From contig NC_042999.1 of assembly GCF_006345805.1 (NCBI RefSeq), positions 93,310,001 to 93,374,000 of the forward strand: 64,000 nucleotides of DNA, written 5' to 3'. Under the pieces are notes generated by a model. That model was given only the letters and a program-made list of their open reading frames with translations, was not told the DNA's origin and did no database searches. Position numbers and translations under genes: made by a program. Origin of the DNA: Octopus sinensis. Lineage: Eukaryota. Shown piece by piece: positions 40,315-52,607 of the stretch. Numbering within the stretch: the stretch's first letter is position 1; every line of letters begins with the position of its first letter.

Positions 40315-43300
40315 TGTTACAAAGCGGTCTTTTACTACTGTTGTATTAGTCTTTTGACGACGGTTGTCTCTCTGACAGATATTGCTATATTTCCAAGTCG
40401 AAAGACTGTTTCTACCTAGCACTGTACGACTCCCAGTCGTAGTGTTCTTATCCTCAAAATGTTATATCCTTATAACGTCCAATCAGTAACACAGTATAAT
40501 TATTATATCAACACAGACACGACTATGGACACTGTCTGCACGTGCTTTCGTATTCTATATACTCTCTCATTACTGCTCGAGGTCACCTTACTTATAATGA
40601 CTCTTATTCCACTCGTCACGTGGGAAGGGTATACTATTATTACTAATTCCCAACATCTATTTAAAATTTTTTTTGGAAGTGTCATTTCATTTAGCAACAA
40701 TTTTTGTATTCACCCACCTCTGTTTCTCTTTACACTTTACTTCCACATCAAAGTGAAGCTACTTAAATTTATTATAAGCCATAGAGTGTACCAACTTTTA
40801 ACAAATGTGAGCATTGCGACTAAAAGTCGTTCACCTTTGTTGAAAAATCTGTACAAACTCTTCGTTTGTCATTCTTTTTCTTCACGTAAACTATCGGTGT
40901 TGCCCAATCTTCGTGGTCATACTTTTCAGTTATACCAAGATTTTCTAGTCTTTCCAGTTCTTTATTAACGTGGTCTATAGCGAAAAACAGTACATTTCAT
41001 TTTGACCTACATACAGGCGTTTCGTGTTTTACTGCACATTTTTGCTTTTGTCCTTCGGCCGCTTTTGGTCCGTCGACTGAGGTGATTATTTTTCTAAACA
41101 AAGCAACTATGGGTGTATACCGTAAATTAAATAGTTGTATCCAATCTCTGTCAAGTAAATTACGTGAATGATTTAATATATATATATATATCTTAGCCTT
41201 TTTTGTTTGACCTCCAAATATTACGTTACATGGCCATTCACCGATAAAATAATGGGTTGGCAACTACGTTCTCGCCATTTCTTAATTTAAATTATCTACA
41301 AGGTTTAATAAAAATAACAACAACTAATTTATCAATAATGTATCCACCCTTGTTGTTTATAACTTCTTTCCAACGTTCAAAAAGATTTTCAATATCTCGT
41401 TGGTAGAAATCACCCGATTTCGACTTGAAAAATTAATCCAACCAAGCTCTCAGTTCTGCATCAATATTGTACGAAACTCCACGCCTAGTATTTGAAAGAG
41501 GTCGAAAGAGGTGGAAATCAATTGGTGCCAAAATCAGGAAATACCAGTGGGTGTGACATCAGTCCCCAGCCATCAGTTTGAATGGTTTCCTTGGTCATAT
41601 TGGCGATATGAGGCCGGGCGTTGCCGTGCAGCTGCAGGAGATCTCCGTGCTAACGATCAGGTCTTTTCTCTTGAATAACCGTGTTGAGTCGTTTCAACTG
41701 TTGAACATAGAGTTCCGTGTTGACCGTTTGGTTCCGTTCAAGCAATTCGTAAAGCATAATCCCTTTCCAGTCCCAACATACACACAACATCGTTTGACGC
41801 AGATGATCTTGTTTCACGCGCGATGTCGCTTGTTTACCGGGGCTAAGCCATTCCTTACGCTGCTTCATATTGATGTACAGGCACAGTTTTTCGTCGCCAG
41901 TAACGATTCGTGTAAAGAAATCGTTGCTTGTGTCCATGGGTTGAGCGGCGACCAGCAAGCAAACCAGCGGAGAGTGTGGCTCGTTGATTTCCGTTGTTGT
42001 CACTTAGAGCATGCGTAACCTATGATCCATACTTCTGAACTTTTCCCATCGACTGAAGATACTTCTCTATAGCAGTGTGGGAGCATTCCATTTTCTCTGC
42101 CACTTACCTAGTCCCTTGATGAGAATTTTCTGCAAATTTGGTTTAATCGCTCTTCATCGAACTCAACTTGACGGCCAGAAAGAGTTGCGTCTTTGAGGTC
42201 AAAATTTCAAGTTTTGATTTTGGCATACCAATCACGCGTGGTTCTTTCAGGTATGTCACCTTCACTATACACAGCACTTTCTTAGAACCATACACAGTCT
42301 TAGAACCTCGATTAATGCCAAAAAAAGGTGACGAAAATGCTCGTTATTCTTAACTTGACATTCCATTTTAATGATCTGAAAATAAATAAAAATTAACTCA
42401 AATTAACTAGAAAAAAAGAGACTCCAAAATGATTCAAAAATATAATTCTCGAAAACAAAAAAAAATACATTCCAAGATTTAAAAAACGACTCGAACTTAG
42501 TTGCGAACGCAATATAATCTTTTTGCCATAATACCATGTGCTACATTTTTAGATTTAATTAATTTCGGCTAACAGATATGTTTTCACGTGTTTTCATTTA
42601 TAATAGTCATGAGACTACCTGTGTCGAACACTTGTATTTTTAATTTTCACATGTACAAAATTTCTCTTCGCTATATTAATCTCTTTTTTTCTCGATGACA
42701 AACTATTTATTATTATCCCTTTTTTTCTGACGTTTTGTCATTTTAGTTCTACAATGCGTCTTAATAAGTCCTATATTTCCACAAGGAAGACAGTCTGCTT
42801 TCTTAAATGGACAATTTTTCCCTGAGTGCATACCACCACATGCAAAATATGGGTTTATATCCTGATGTTTGTCGGGCTTTTTAGAAAATGCTTTATCTCT
42901 CTTCAGACTTTTCCGCACTGGTTTTACTTGGAAACAATCTTTACGTTCAATTTCGTGTCATGTTTTAATTTAAGTATCCTTTCACATTCTTCAGACACTT
43001 TTTGCAGTGTTATCTTGTGGCTTTTCTCCAGCCGTGCAAGAATTCTAGTCCTGACTTCCGCGTCGTGTAAAAATCAGGCATTTGAACATATCTGGTGTTA
43101 ATAGATCCAACTTAAACTTCTCGCATTCCCTGTTTACTTTACCAGCATATGTGATGTAGTCCTCGTTACTAATTTTCTCTATGTTTAGACACTTCTACCA
43201 TGTGTTGAACAAGCAGCTTTTTTTCATTGAAAATCTTGCACAATATATCAATTGCGTAATTAAAGTCTAAAAGTTTTCTTGGGACTACAAAGTTAAAGTA

Positions 43301-43871
43301 TCTTTCATGTTCTGTTGGCCCCAGTTATCTCAAGATTAAGCGAGTTTTTATCTCGTCCCATTCATTACATTTTTTCTCGAAGATTTGCTCATATCTTCTG
43401 TAGTATGCTTCGAAGGTAACCCCTTCGTCAGGTTCGTATTTGAATTCAGTTATTGCAGTTATTGAATTCGCAACATAGTCTCGCGAAAAAACTTTTTCTG
43501 GCTTTCCTGACGAATTCTGTAATTGCAGAGTTTGTTGCTTAATATTACTTGTGGCTGCTATAATTACTTCTGTTGCTGCTTTTGCAGTTATACATGTTGT
43601 TGTTGCTGCAGATTTTTGCAGCTCGAGCAACCCTGCCAACAATTTTTCCATACTTTTACGTTTTAACGTAAATTTCTTACACCAACTTTGTGAGTTTATT
43701 AACTTCGAGTTTCTTTTAACTCCAGCTGAATTGACCTACCCTCGTCACCACTGTTATAAAGAGGTCTTTTGCCCTCGGTGTTTCTGTCTTTTGACGGCGG
43801 TTTCCGGACTGACAAATATTACTATATTCCGAAGTCATGGATAGAATGTTTCTATCTGGCACTGTACGACT
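40315..43871 (-). mobile_element. degraded Ty3/Gypsy LTR retrotransposon (gag-protease; RT and integrase not seen) with two diverged LTR segments
   Basis: Direct repeats starting TGTTA at 40315 and 43752; PBS TGGTGACGAG (minus strand, 43741-43750); gag EFKYEPDEGVTFEAYYRRYE; Zn-knuckle-like CGGMH..CP..C..CG..G..C; protease FDTGS and NLLDRDWI. Confidence 0.85.
41252..42512 (-). mobile_element. mariner element (DD34D/SETMAR-type transposase pseudogene) nested in the Gypsy protease
   Basis: Imperfect TIRs (TGGGTTGGCAACTACGTTC / GAACTTAGTTGCGAACGCA), TA TSD; IVTGDEK, MLCVCWDWKGI, NARPH and APIDFHLF motifs; ATG at 42366. Confidence 0.92.
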
Positions 43872-43959
43872 GGGGGTGGGGTCGTACAATTATTATCGTA
43901 CAGTGTTATCATCATCAAAAGTTTGGATCGTTGTAACGTTTACTCAATATCACAGTATC

Positions 43960-44260
43960 GCGGCACTCTGTCGGTTACGACGACGAGTGTTCCCGTTGAT
44001 CCGATCAACGGAACAGCCTGCTCGTGAAATTAACGTATAAGTGACTGAGCACTCCACAGATATGAGTACCCTTAACGTAGTTCACGAGGAGATTCAGCGT
44101 GACACAGTGTGTGACAAAGGAGACCATTTCAAATACAGGTACAAAAGAAACAGGAAGAAAGTTGTGGTGAAAGAGTAAGCGGGGTTCCGTGCGACCCGCT
44201 GCCGGAGCCTCATGAAGGTTTAGGTGTTTCCGCTCAATAAAAAATCACAACGCCCTGTCT
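43960..44260 (-). mobile_element. octopus-type SINE-like repeat, family C, truncated
   Basis: GATCCGATCAACGGAACAGCCTGCTCGTGAAATTAACGT..GAGCACTCCACAGA..GATTCAGCGTGACACAG recognised as an abundant octopus interspersed repeat; strand inferred. Confidence 0.6.
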
Positions 44261-44692
44261 AAAGCCACAAAGTACTAATTTAATGACTGACAAAAGGAGG
44301 TAAATCTCTAGCATACGAAGCTGTGTCGCGATTTCGAATCCTGGTGTTGGACACATTAATTCTCTTCGGTGGCTTTTAAGGCCTTGAGTTAAACTCAACT
44401 TCCTCTGTCAATCATATAAGAAAAACCGTTTAAATCATATGCTGATTTTCTAAATGGTGTCACTGTAAACAACTAATTAAAAGGGTGGCTGATTAGCTAT
44501 TAGAAAATCAGCATTTGATTTAAACGGTTTTTCTTATATGATTCACAGGAGTTGAGTGTAACTCTAGGTATTAAAAACTGCTGGTGAGAATTAAGGTGTC
44601 CAAAACCAGGATTTGATATCGTGACACGGCTTCGTACGGTAGGGAATTACTTCCCTTTCCCAGGCATTAAATTAGTGCGTTGTGGCTTTAGA
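44258..44692. mobile_element. 435-bp foldback / MITE-like element
   Basis: ~195-bp diverged arms TCTAAAGCCACAA..TGCTGATTTTCTAA / TTAGAAAATCAGCA..TTGTGGCTTTAGA with a ~45-bp spacer. Confidence 0.8.
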
Positions 44693-45137
44693 GTAAATTT
44701 AACTCTTATTTTGGCATAATCGGCGTTGGCCAGCACCATCCTTCACATTTGTGACCACTTTCTACCGGGTGTAATAAATGGGTGAACGGCGAAGTTATTT
44801 TACCATCTGTATATATGTGTGCGTATGTTTATATATATATATATATTATATATATATATATATATATGCCTAATTTGTATATACAGTTTCATTCTTATGA
44901 ATTTTATAAATTACAATATTACTCCTCTTATAATAACTTTCTCATACCTCTGTTTATATTTTATCTACTATTAACATAGTACATCTAATAATAATAATAT
45001 TTTATTCATTTGTATGCACATATATGCACATATGCATGTAGATTTAAGTGTAGGTATATGTATTTATGTATATGTATGTATATGTTTAAGCATATGTGTG
45101 TATTTATATTTATGACTTAACCTTATGTACTATCTAA

Positions 45138-45265
45138 AATCTCTGATGACGCATAGGGAAACACCCAAGTACCTCAATTTCATCTACTAATTATATCAGT
45201 CCACTGGAGGGCTAAAAGTAGAATGACGTATTAGTACCTCTTGGCTGAAACGGCTCTGAGATATT
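45138..45265 (+). ncRNA. degenerate hammerhead motif
   Basis: ATCT-CTGATGA-C-GC...GC-T-GAAAC-GGCT-CTG-AGAT; cleavage triplet mutated. Confidence 0.45.
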
Positions 45266-45485
45266 ATCCCAATTTCTATTGCTGTATGTTATATATTTTA
45301 ATAAGTACTGATAATTTTATATCTTATATATTATATATATAAAGCATGATATGTTATACATGTATGTATATTATTATAATTGTTCTTTTAGAAAATAAAT
45401 AAACTGACGATATAATGTCTAAAATTTGATGAATACCACCTATTGATCCCCTCCATGTTCTTATTGCTCTCTTTCTCTCGCTCTC

Positions 45486-45555
<70 letters not shown>

Positions 45556-45720
45556 CGATCGAGGTATATATAATGAACGTTTCCTTTTTTCTACGCATAG
45601 TTATTTCATGTCATAACAGAGAGGTGGGCAAAAGTGCAGAAACATAACGTAACGATGCTTATTGAACTCTATACAGAAAATGCTGCATATATATACATAT
45701 ATACATATATATATGTATAA

Positions 45721-45792
<72 letters not shown>

Positions 45793-46624
45793 ATATATAT
45801 ATATGTACATATACTCACAACGGCACATAAACATATATACACACATACACAGACAAACACACACGCACGCACACACGTACGTACACACACACACGAAAAT
45901 ATTCATTGTCCAAAACATGATTTCTTTCCAGAAACACTTTCTGAATTGTTAGTGTCTATGTGTATTTTGTCGTTCTAATTTCCGTCAGACTTCGATGTTT
46001 TTCTAATAGCTTTTGTGCATATCAACCATACCCATATCAAATCAGGGTCACGTCAATCGAAAAGTTTCCACTTTTCATTCAATTGCTCAGCATTTTTACA
46101 TATTTTAAATATTTATTGCATTTATTCTTTTCGAACCTATTACAGCTAATATCGACTTTTGGCTTCTCTTGTATATACTTACAAAAGCGAAATCGCTTCA
46201 ACATCGTAATATATTAACTAATTTGAAACGCATTAGACAGATGGCCGTTTCGTTCATAATAAGTTGACTACTTTGGTGTATGTATATTTCAAGGATATCA
46301 ATTATAGGGGTGCAGTATAGCATTTTCTGGAAACATTAGTTAAAATCTTTATATCGATAGCAAACATTGGCATAAAAAATTGGTTCAAATGACGTAGTAT
46401 TTCCACTCGTTATTGTTTGTAGTTACGTTATAATATATTTGTTGAGGAAACTATTAAATATTAGAGTACAGTTTGCTCTGAAACTCTATCCTCTGCTCAT
46501 ATCACTGATTACTTTATTGCGCACAATAATTATTTAGAATGCGTCGCACCCTATGAAAAACAATTTTGCAAACAAATCCGACTCTTCCTGCATCAAAGTT
46601 TGCATTTTCAGTTCTATACTCTAA

Positions 46625-47333
46625 TTATGAATGCAGTTGATAAAACAATCTCTTAGTGTACTGATTGTAGCATTCCCTTTTATTCTCCGTGTAATATATA
46701 GCAGATAATATGAATTTCAGTTGAATATTTGGACTATTAACTTCCCATATCGTTGGAGAAGTACAGCAACATTTGTTATTGCAAGCAATTTCGGATCGCA
46801 AAAATCGTTGAAATTCCACTACTACCTCAGAGTAATCATGTGGGACTGGGGGACAAGTTAATGTGAATGGACTGTAGAATATTGTTTACATTAGAGTGAC
46901 AAAGAACTTACTTACGGAGGGAATTAAATTAAATATTCAAGCACGGAGATGAGACAAATGACTGAGGATATAGAATAGCTAGAGTTTTGTCTGGTAAATT
47001 TCTGTGAAAGTATGATGCAGCTCATAAATTCAGATGAAAATGCATCACTGTAATTTCGAAAGACAAGAAAAATATTGCGCAATTGCATGAAGGACAATAA
47101 AAATAATGTGCGATTGCATGTTTGAAAGCAGAACATTGTAAATTGTTCGTTAGTTGTGTCTGCTTCGTGTTGAGTGTGGCAAAAATTGTAAGATATTGAA
47201 ATTAAATATATATATATTAATTAGATTAGCATCATCATCGGTGTTATCATCATCGTCGTCGTCATCATCATTGTCGTCGTCATCATCATCGTCGTCGTCA
47301 TCAACATCATCATCGTCGTCGTCGTTGTCGTCG

Positions 47334-47372
<39 letters not shown>

Positions 47373-48400
47373 ATATGTAAGAAATATTGTAATCGGCGTG
47401 CTGTGGTACCCCACAGAGAGTAACAAGGGCTGAAAAAAGAAAATATTGTCACTTGCAAATCTGTGACTTATTTAATGTCACTGCAGGTGTTATTTAATGT
47501 TCGCGCGAGGCGAGAACACTGGCTGTACTAAATGGTGAATATCATCTGGTATCATCGACTTGAAGGAACATGTTCCAAGTCTGACGTTTTACTCGATGCA
47601 AACAGAAATGGATACCGTGCAAGTTCCAATCTTCCTAACTTCTCAAATTGGCGTTGCACCATTTGATTCCTCTCTGAAATAGCTTTTACAGAGTGCACAG
47701 TAAACTATAACCTACACTGCACTCATCAACTAAATTGATTCTATGGGTAACTTTTCTACTGACGCAGCATAGGATTTCCACTTAACTTCTTATTCCATCT
47801 AGTATATTATCGCACGTACAATGTGGCTAAATGCAGAAACATCTTGGATGTTAATATATAGGCAAGTTGCCACAGGGATTGCCTGAGAGCTTTCAAACAA
47901 TGCACTCTAATTATATTCTGTCATCAGCAAACCTCTGCGCATTTTACTTTTATAGAAATATCTTTGTCCAATAAGATGGCGGATCAGTAAAAGCAAAAAA
48001 TCCGATCTTTCTGCCATATTAGCTATCTTGTCTCAAAATTCTTCCGTTTTGTTGTACTTAATGTTTTCTCTTTGGTTTTCAGACTCTTTCCTTTGTATAT
48101 GAATAATTAAATTACTGGTAGTTATTGCACATCCTCTAAACAAACATAATCCATACGTCTCGTTTGATACATCTATTGATACTACAAGTAGAGGACTAGG
48201 AAATATCCATGAATATTTCAGGATCGTGTAGTCTCCTCCAAAACAACAAGAGTTAATTACTCTACAAATTAAAGAATAAATTTGTACCAAATCCTTTCTA
48301 CTCGTATTCAACTCACATCTAATGAGTACTGCAACTGCTTCAAATGTAGGTGGATATCTGTTTAAATGCCACGTATACGACATTGTAAAAACTGAAACTA
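46625..48400 (-). pseudogene. possible very degraded hAT-Charlie transposase
   Basis: Weak collinear motifs YTILKYSWIFPS (cf. HTIGE.LILPA), DVSAFSHIVRAIIY..EILCC and terminal QLHS*; interrupted by (TCA/TCG)n. Confidence 0.3.
47230..47368. repeat. (TCA)n/(TCG)n microsatellite
   Basis: Seen directly. Confidence 0.95.
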
Positions 48401-48670
48401 GTGCTTTCTTTTTATATTAGTAGCATAAACGCGAGTGAACAAGGATATGAAATTACATGTGTGTGTGTGTGTGTGTGTGCGTGCGTGTGTGTGTGTGCGT
48501 GTGTGTGTGTGCGTGTATGTGTGTGGGGGTGCATGAGACGATTTTATCCATCACTAGCTTAAATGTCCCAGATTAATTAGATATGAAACATTCACTAATA
48601 TTCCGCGTAGACATTGCAAAATACAAAAATTCAATCTGAATAATAAAAAAAAAGAGTGGTCGATGAAATA

Positions 48671-48965
48671 TCTTTATATATAAAAGTAAGGTTGTGTGTC
48701 TGTCTCCTACGATTTAGATTCCTAACTACTCCCACATTTTGCGGTGCAGTTTAACCAAAACCGGGTATCTTATAGTCGTGATTCATATGGAGCCCTTCTG
48801 AGTATTAGCGCGCGCCTACGATGAGTCTACGATTTTAAAAAAGATTTACCATAATTTTTTTCCATTTTTAATGCATTTTTTGGCTATTTTTGGTTATAAC
48901 TCTCTAAAAATGCTTATATAGTTATTTCCCTTACAATCCCGAGCAACGCCGGGCAATACTGCTAG
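48671..48965 (+). mobile_element. non-autonomous Helitron
   Basis: A|TC start, subterminal hairpin CCCGAGCAACGCCGGG, CTAG|T end; second copy at 51692-52205. Confidence 0.85.
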
Positions 48966-49279
48966 TCTAATATAACATTTTTATTAATGTAAACTTTGCT
49001 AATAATCTTGTATTCAATATTCTTCAGAGTATGCTTTAAAATATCAGTTAATTGATCTGGGATATTTTTCATGAATCATCGTCCTTCTCCGGAATCCACG
49101 AGGATTAATTCATGTTTCAGAACTTTGTTACTCGAAGTACATTTCTTGAAGAATAATTGTGAATCCAGTTAAAAAGTGGACTGACGATGAGAAGACTTAA
49201 TGCAGACAGAGTCATGGTTGTGGTATATGTCAAATCACAGCATAAATAATATCCGAATACCAATTAAAGACAGAAATAT

Positions 49280-50000
49280 CTTAATTTCATTAGAATCCAT
49301 TAATTAGCATGCTTTGCAGCATTCCATCATTTCTAAAGATTCTTAAGATTATTTGTGTAAAACTTGTTATAATATCAAGACCGTACACAGGAGAGTTTCC
49401 ACTTCTTTTATATATTTTGAGAACTAAAATATCAAGTTATTTCTGTAAATTGTGTGAATTCTGGTAATCGGATGCAGCAGTGTGTGGTGAACAGAAGATG
49501 TGTAGAATGTGTTACCCAGATGATGTCTTTAATCTTTTCAACATTGAATTTGCAGCATAGAGCTGTCATTTATCACGAAGAAGCGCCTTTCTCTCGCTAT
49601 TCATTAAAGTAAGTCTCTTTTACTGTAATGGCTAAACGGTTTAACAGCTGCTGAGAGTAGATATGCGCTGCAATCATTTCATTAAATGGCTGAAACTCAT
49701 AAAGGATTACACGATATCATAGTGGATAGCAATCCCACCAAAAATTAACCAACGCTTTTCTTAGCTAGAAGCCATTTTCTGTGGTGGTTTAACCAATTCG
49801 ATTTGACTAAGAAGATACCTTTATGGTTTACGATTCTCCCGAAAAGGAAAAACCTACACTTTAAATGTTGAATTGACATTTAAATATTTGAGCAATGACG
49901 ATATGGGTTAATGGTAAAGTTGATAATTAATGCCGCGCAATGGTTATCTGTGAAAATGTGAGGAATACATTTTCAAAGTTTAGAGAGTTTCCAACCCTAG
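49280..50000 (-). pseudogene. degraded mariner transposase
   Basis: WWD, EFQPFNEMIAAHIYSQQL and CSPHTAASDYQ (cf. YSPDIAPSDYH). Confidence 0.65.
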
Positions 50001-50059
50001 GCATATAACACATACACATACATATATATGCGTGTGTGAGAGTGTGTGTGTGTGTGTTT

Positions 50060-50436
50060 AATAAAATGAGACAACAAAACCAAGGCAGTGAGAGAACAAT
50101 CCTTGGATTTTGGAACAGCAATTTTCAAATATTTTAATTCTCATATTGCTTTGTATACTTCTTCTATACATCCACACTTCAACTGGTATACTTCTACACG
50201 TCTTGTATACTTCCACACACCGACCTGTGTAGTGCAGTGGATATCTGTGAAAATGTGATTTCTAAAATAACTTCTTTTATTAAACTCTACGATTTCCATC
50301 CTCAGCTCATATCGTCTCTGATTATGGAATATCTGTTATACGCCTGAAACAGCTGTAAGACTAACTTTCTGTTTATAAACTGTTTATAAATGACCTAGAA
50401 ATTTATCACTGTCTTGGCTTTATTGTCTCATTTAAT
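50060..50436 (+). mobile_element. PLE pLTR-like element with short inverted termini and a hammerhead motif
   Basis: AAATGAGACAACAAAACCAAGGCAGTGA versus TCACTGTCTTGGCTTTATTGTCTCATTT; 3' end resembles 55530-55612. Confidence 0.65.
50314..50361 (+). ncRNA. minimal type I hammerhead motif with one core substitution
   Basis: GTCT-CTGATTA-T-GG..CC-T-GAAAC-AGCT-GTA-AGAC; G8 replaced by T. Confidence 0.6.
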
Positions 50437-50566
50437 TTTAGATAAACATGCTCACACACACTCCGCATTAGACTCCTCATTCATACTATTATCGAACCAG
50501 GAGTCTAATAGCGGTCCTTCCATAGCAGTTCCATAGCCTTACCTGTCCTTTGGCTCTTTTTGATAT

Positions 50567-50572
50567 CAAAAC

Positions 50573-50630
<58 letters not shown>

Positions 50631-50756
50631 CTATATATATATATATATATATATATAATTAGGTAAAAGAATATTTTGATTGATATCTCCCTTGCATTAA
50701 AGTTAGATCCTGAGATCCGAGTACTCATTTAGATATCCTGATCAGTCTTATATATA

Positions 50757-50798
<42 letters not shown>

Positions 50799-50931
50799 GG
50801 TCCCGGGTTGATTCGGGGTTAACCACAGTAAATAAGGTACTCAATACATAGCAGAGTAAAATTAAAAAGAGCTTCCTGAAGATTTCTCTTGAATGAAACA
50901 GTTCTAGTCCTGTAGAAGCTCCTTCTATATA

Positions 50932-50976
<45 letters not shown>

Positions 50977-51099
50977 ACTGATCAGGATATCTAAATGAGT
51001 ACTCAGATCTCAGGATCTAACTTTAATGCAAGGGAGATATCAATCAAAATATTCTTTTACCTAATTATATATATATATATATATATATGAGAGGTTTTG
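50567..51099. repeat. near-perfect inverted duplication with internal (TA)n tracts and a 140-bp hammerhead-bearing spacer
   Basis: 50656-50750 is the reverse complement of 50973-51067 (1 mismatch); CAAAACCTCTCA / TGAGAGGTTTTG outside the TA tracts. Confidence 0.93.
50869..50921 (+). ncRNA. type I hammerhead ribozyme, intact core and all three stems
   Basis: GAGCTTC-CTGAAGA-T-TTC(TCTT)GAA-T-GAA-ACAG(TTCTAGTC)CTGT-A-GAAGCTC; predicted GUA cleavage after 50914. Confidence 0.85.
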
Positions 51100-51144
51100 G
51101 ATAGTGTTTATCCGCGTATATTTCTTTGTGAGTCTGTGTTATGC

Positions 51145-51188
<44 letters not shown>

Positions 51189-51239
51189 GCGTAACACAGA
51201 CTCACAAAGAAATATACGCGGATAAACACTATCCAAAAC
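51094..51239. repeat. near-perfect palindrome centred on (TA)n
   Basis: ~55-bp arms with 1 mismatch around ~(TA)18. Confidence 0.95.
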
Positions 51240-51492
51240 TTTTCTTGGATAGAGTCCATTATCTGTGGTACTTTAGCCAATTTGACTTGAGTAACTTTAT
51301 GGCTTACCATTCCCCTGAAAAGGAAAAACTTCCGCTTTAAATGTCAACACTCTATTCTTCTAGTAATAATGACTTGCGTTAATGAGAAAGTTGATAATTA
51401 AAGATATTCACAAGTCTACTTGTGCTTCGCAGTAGTTATCTGTGAAAGTGTGAGGAATACACTTTCAAAGTTTAGATAGTTTCCAAGACGAT
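51240..51492 (-). pseudogene. mariner transposase fragment paralogous to 49770-50000
   Basis: LSKL*KCIPHTF (cf. SKLGKWVPHEL) and DNGLYPRKVL (cf. GLHPKKVML). Confidence 0.6.
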
Positions 51493-51547
51493 GTATATAA
51501 CACACACACACGCACACAAACAAACATATATATATACAAACACACAC

Positions 51548-51586
<39 letters not shown>

Positions 51587-51631
51587 TGCACACACACACC
51601 TACGCACATACATATACACACACACACACAG

Positions 51632-51681
<50 letters not shown>

Positions 51682-51691
51682 TATATATATA

Positions 51692-52205
51692 CTAGCAGTA
51701 TCGCCCGGCGTTGCTCGGGTTTGTAAGGGAAATAACTATAAAAGCATTTTTAGAGAGTTACTTCCCTTATAGATGCCAATTCGGGCTTTCTTAGCCATTT
51801 CTGTTTTGGTGTCTTCAAGCCATGAAGTCGTTGTTCTAAAAGAACGCTGGTCTCCTTGACAACGCTTTACGACGTTGATTTCCTTACACTCCCTTCCCCA
51901 CAGCTTCACGAGGGAGTGAAGAAGGGGGAGAAGCAAACAGGTTCAGGTGTGACCATGGACGCCAACTCCGCCGCCATCGACACACGAAAAATTATGCATT
52001 AAAATGGAATAAAAAATGATGTTAAATTATTTTTTTAAATCGTAGACTCATCGTAGACGCGCGCTAATAGTCAGACGGGCTCGATATGAATCATGACTAT
52101 AAGATACCCGAATTTGGTTAAACTGCACCGCAAAATGTGGGAGTAGTTAGGAATCTAAATCGAAGGGGACAGACACTCACACAACTACAGTTTTATATAT
52201 ATAGA
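51692..52205 (-). mobile_element. non-autonomous Helitron, longer variant of 48671-48965
   Basis: Same termini and hairpin on the minus strand, plus ~220 bp of extra internal sequence. Confidence 0.85.
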
Positions 52206-52557
52206 TATATATATAATACACATTCACAAAGACATATACGCTGATACACACATAAATATTAAAATATTTGGTTATATCGCAGGTATTTAAATGAGTGAAA
52301 TGAAACTAGGATGAATATATAAAATCGATATTTCATATTCAGTACATCTTAATACATACATATAAAAAACTATGCCACACCCATACATACATACATACAT
52401 ACACACATACATACATACATACATACATACATACATACATACATACATACATACATACGTACACACATACATACATACATACATACATACATACATACAC
52501 ACATGCATGCATACATTCATATAATGTACGTTTGTGTGTGTGTGCGTGTATGTGTCA

Positions 52558-52607
<50 letters not shown>

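Noticed and set aside
40459-40968. 169-aa hydrophobic ORF
   Set aside because: Antisense to the AT-rich 3' region of the Gypsy remnant; no motif support.
41578-42018. 146-aa plus-strand ORF, and SETMAR as a host gene
   Set aside because: Antisense to the mariner transposase; the element has TIRs and a TSD and no SET domain.
47154-47423. Poly-serine ORF
   Set aside because: Produced by a (TCA/TCG)n microsatellite; no splice or coding context.
49770-51500. Diverged ~240-bp direct repeat (49770-50010 and 51255-51495) considered as duplicated host exons
   Set aside because: Both translate on the minus strand as the same region of a mariner transposase.
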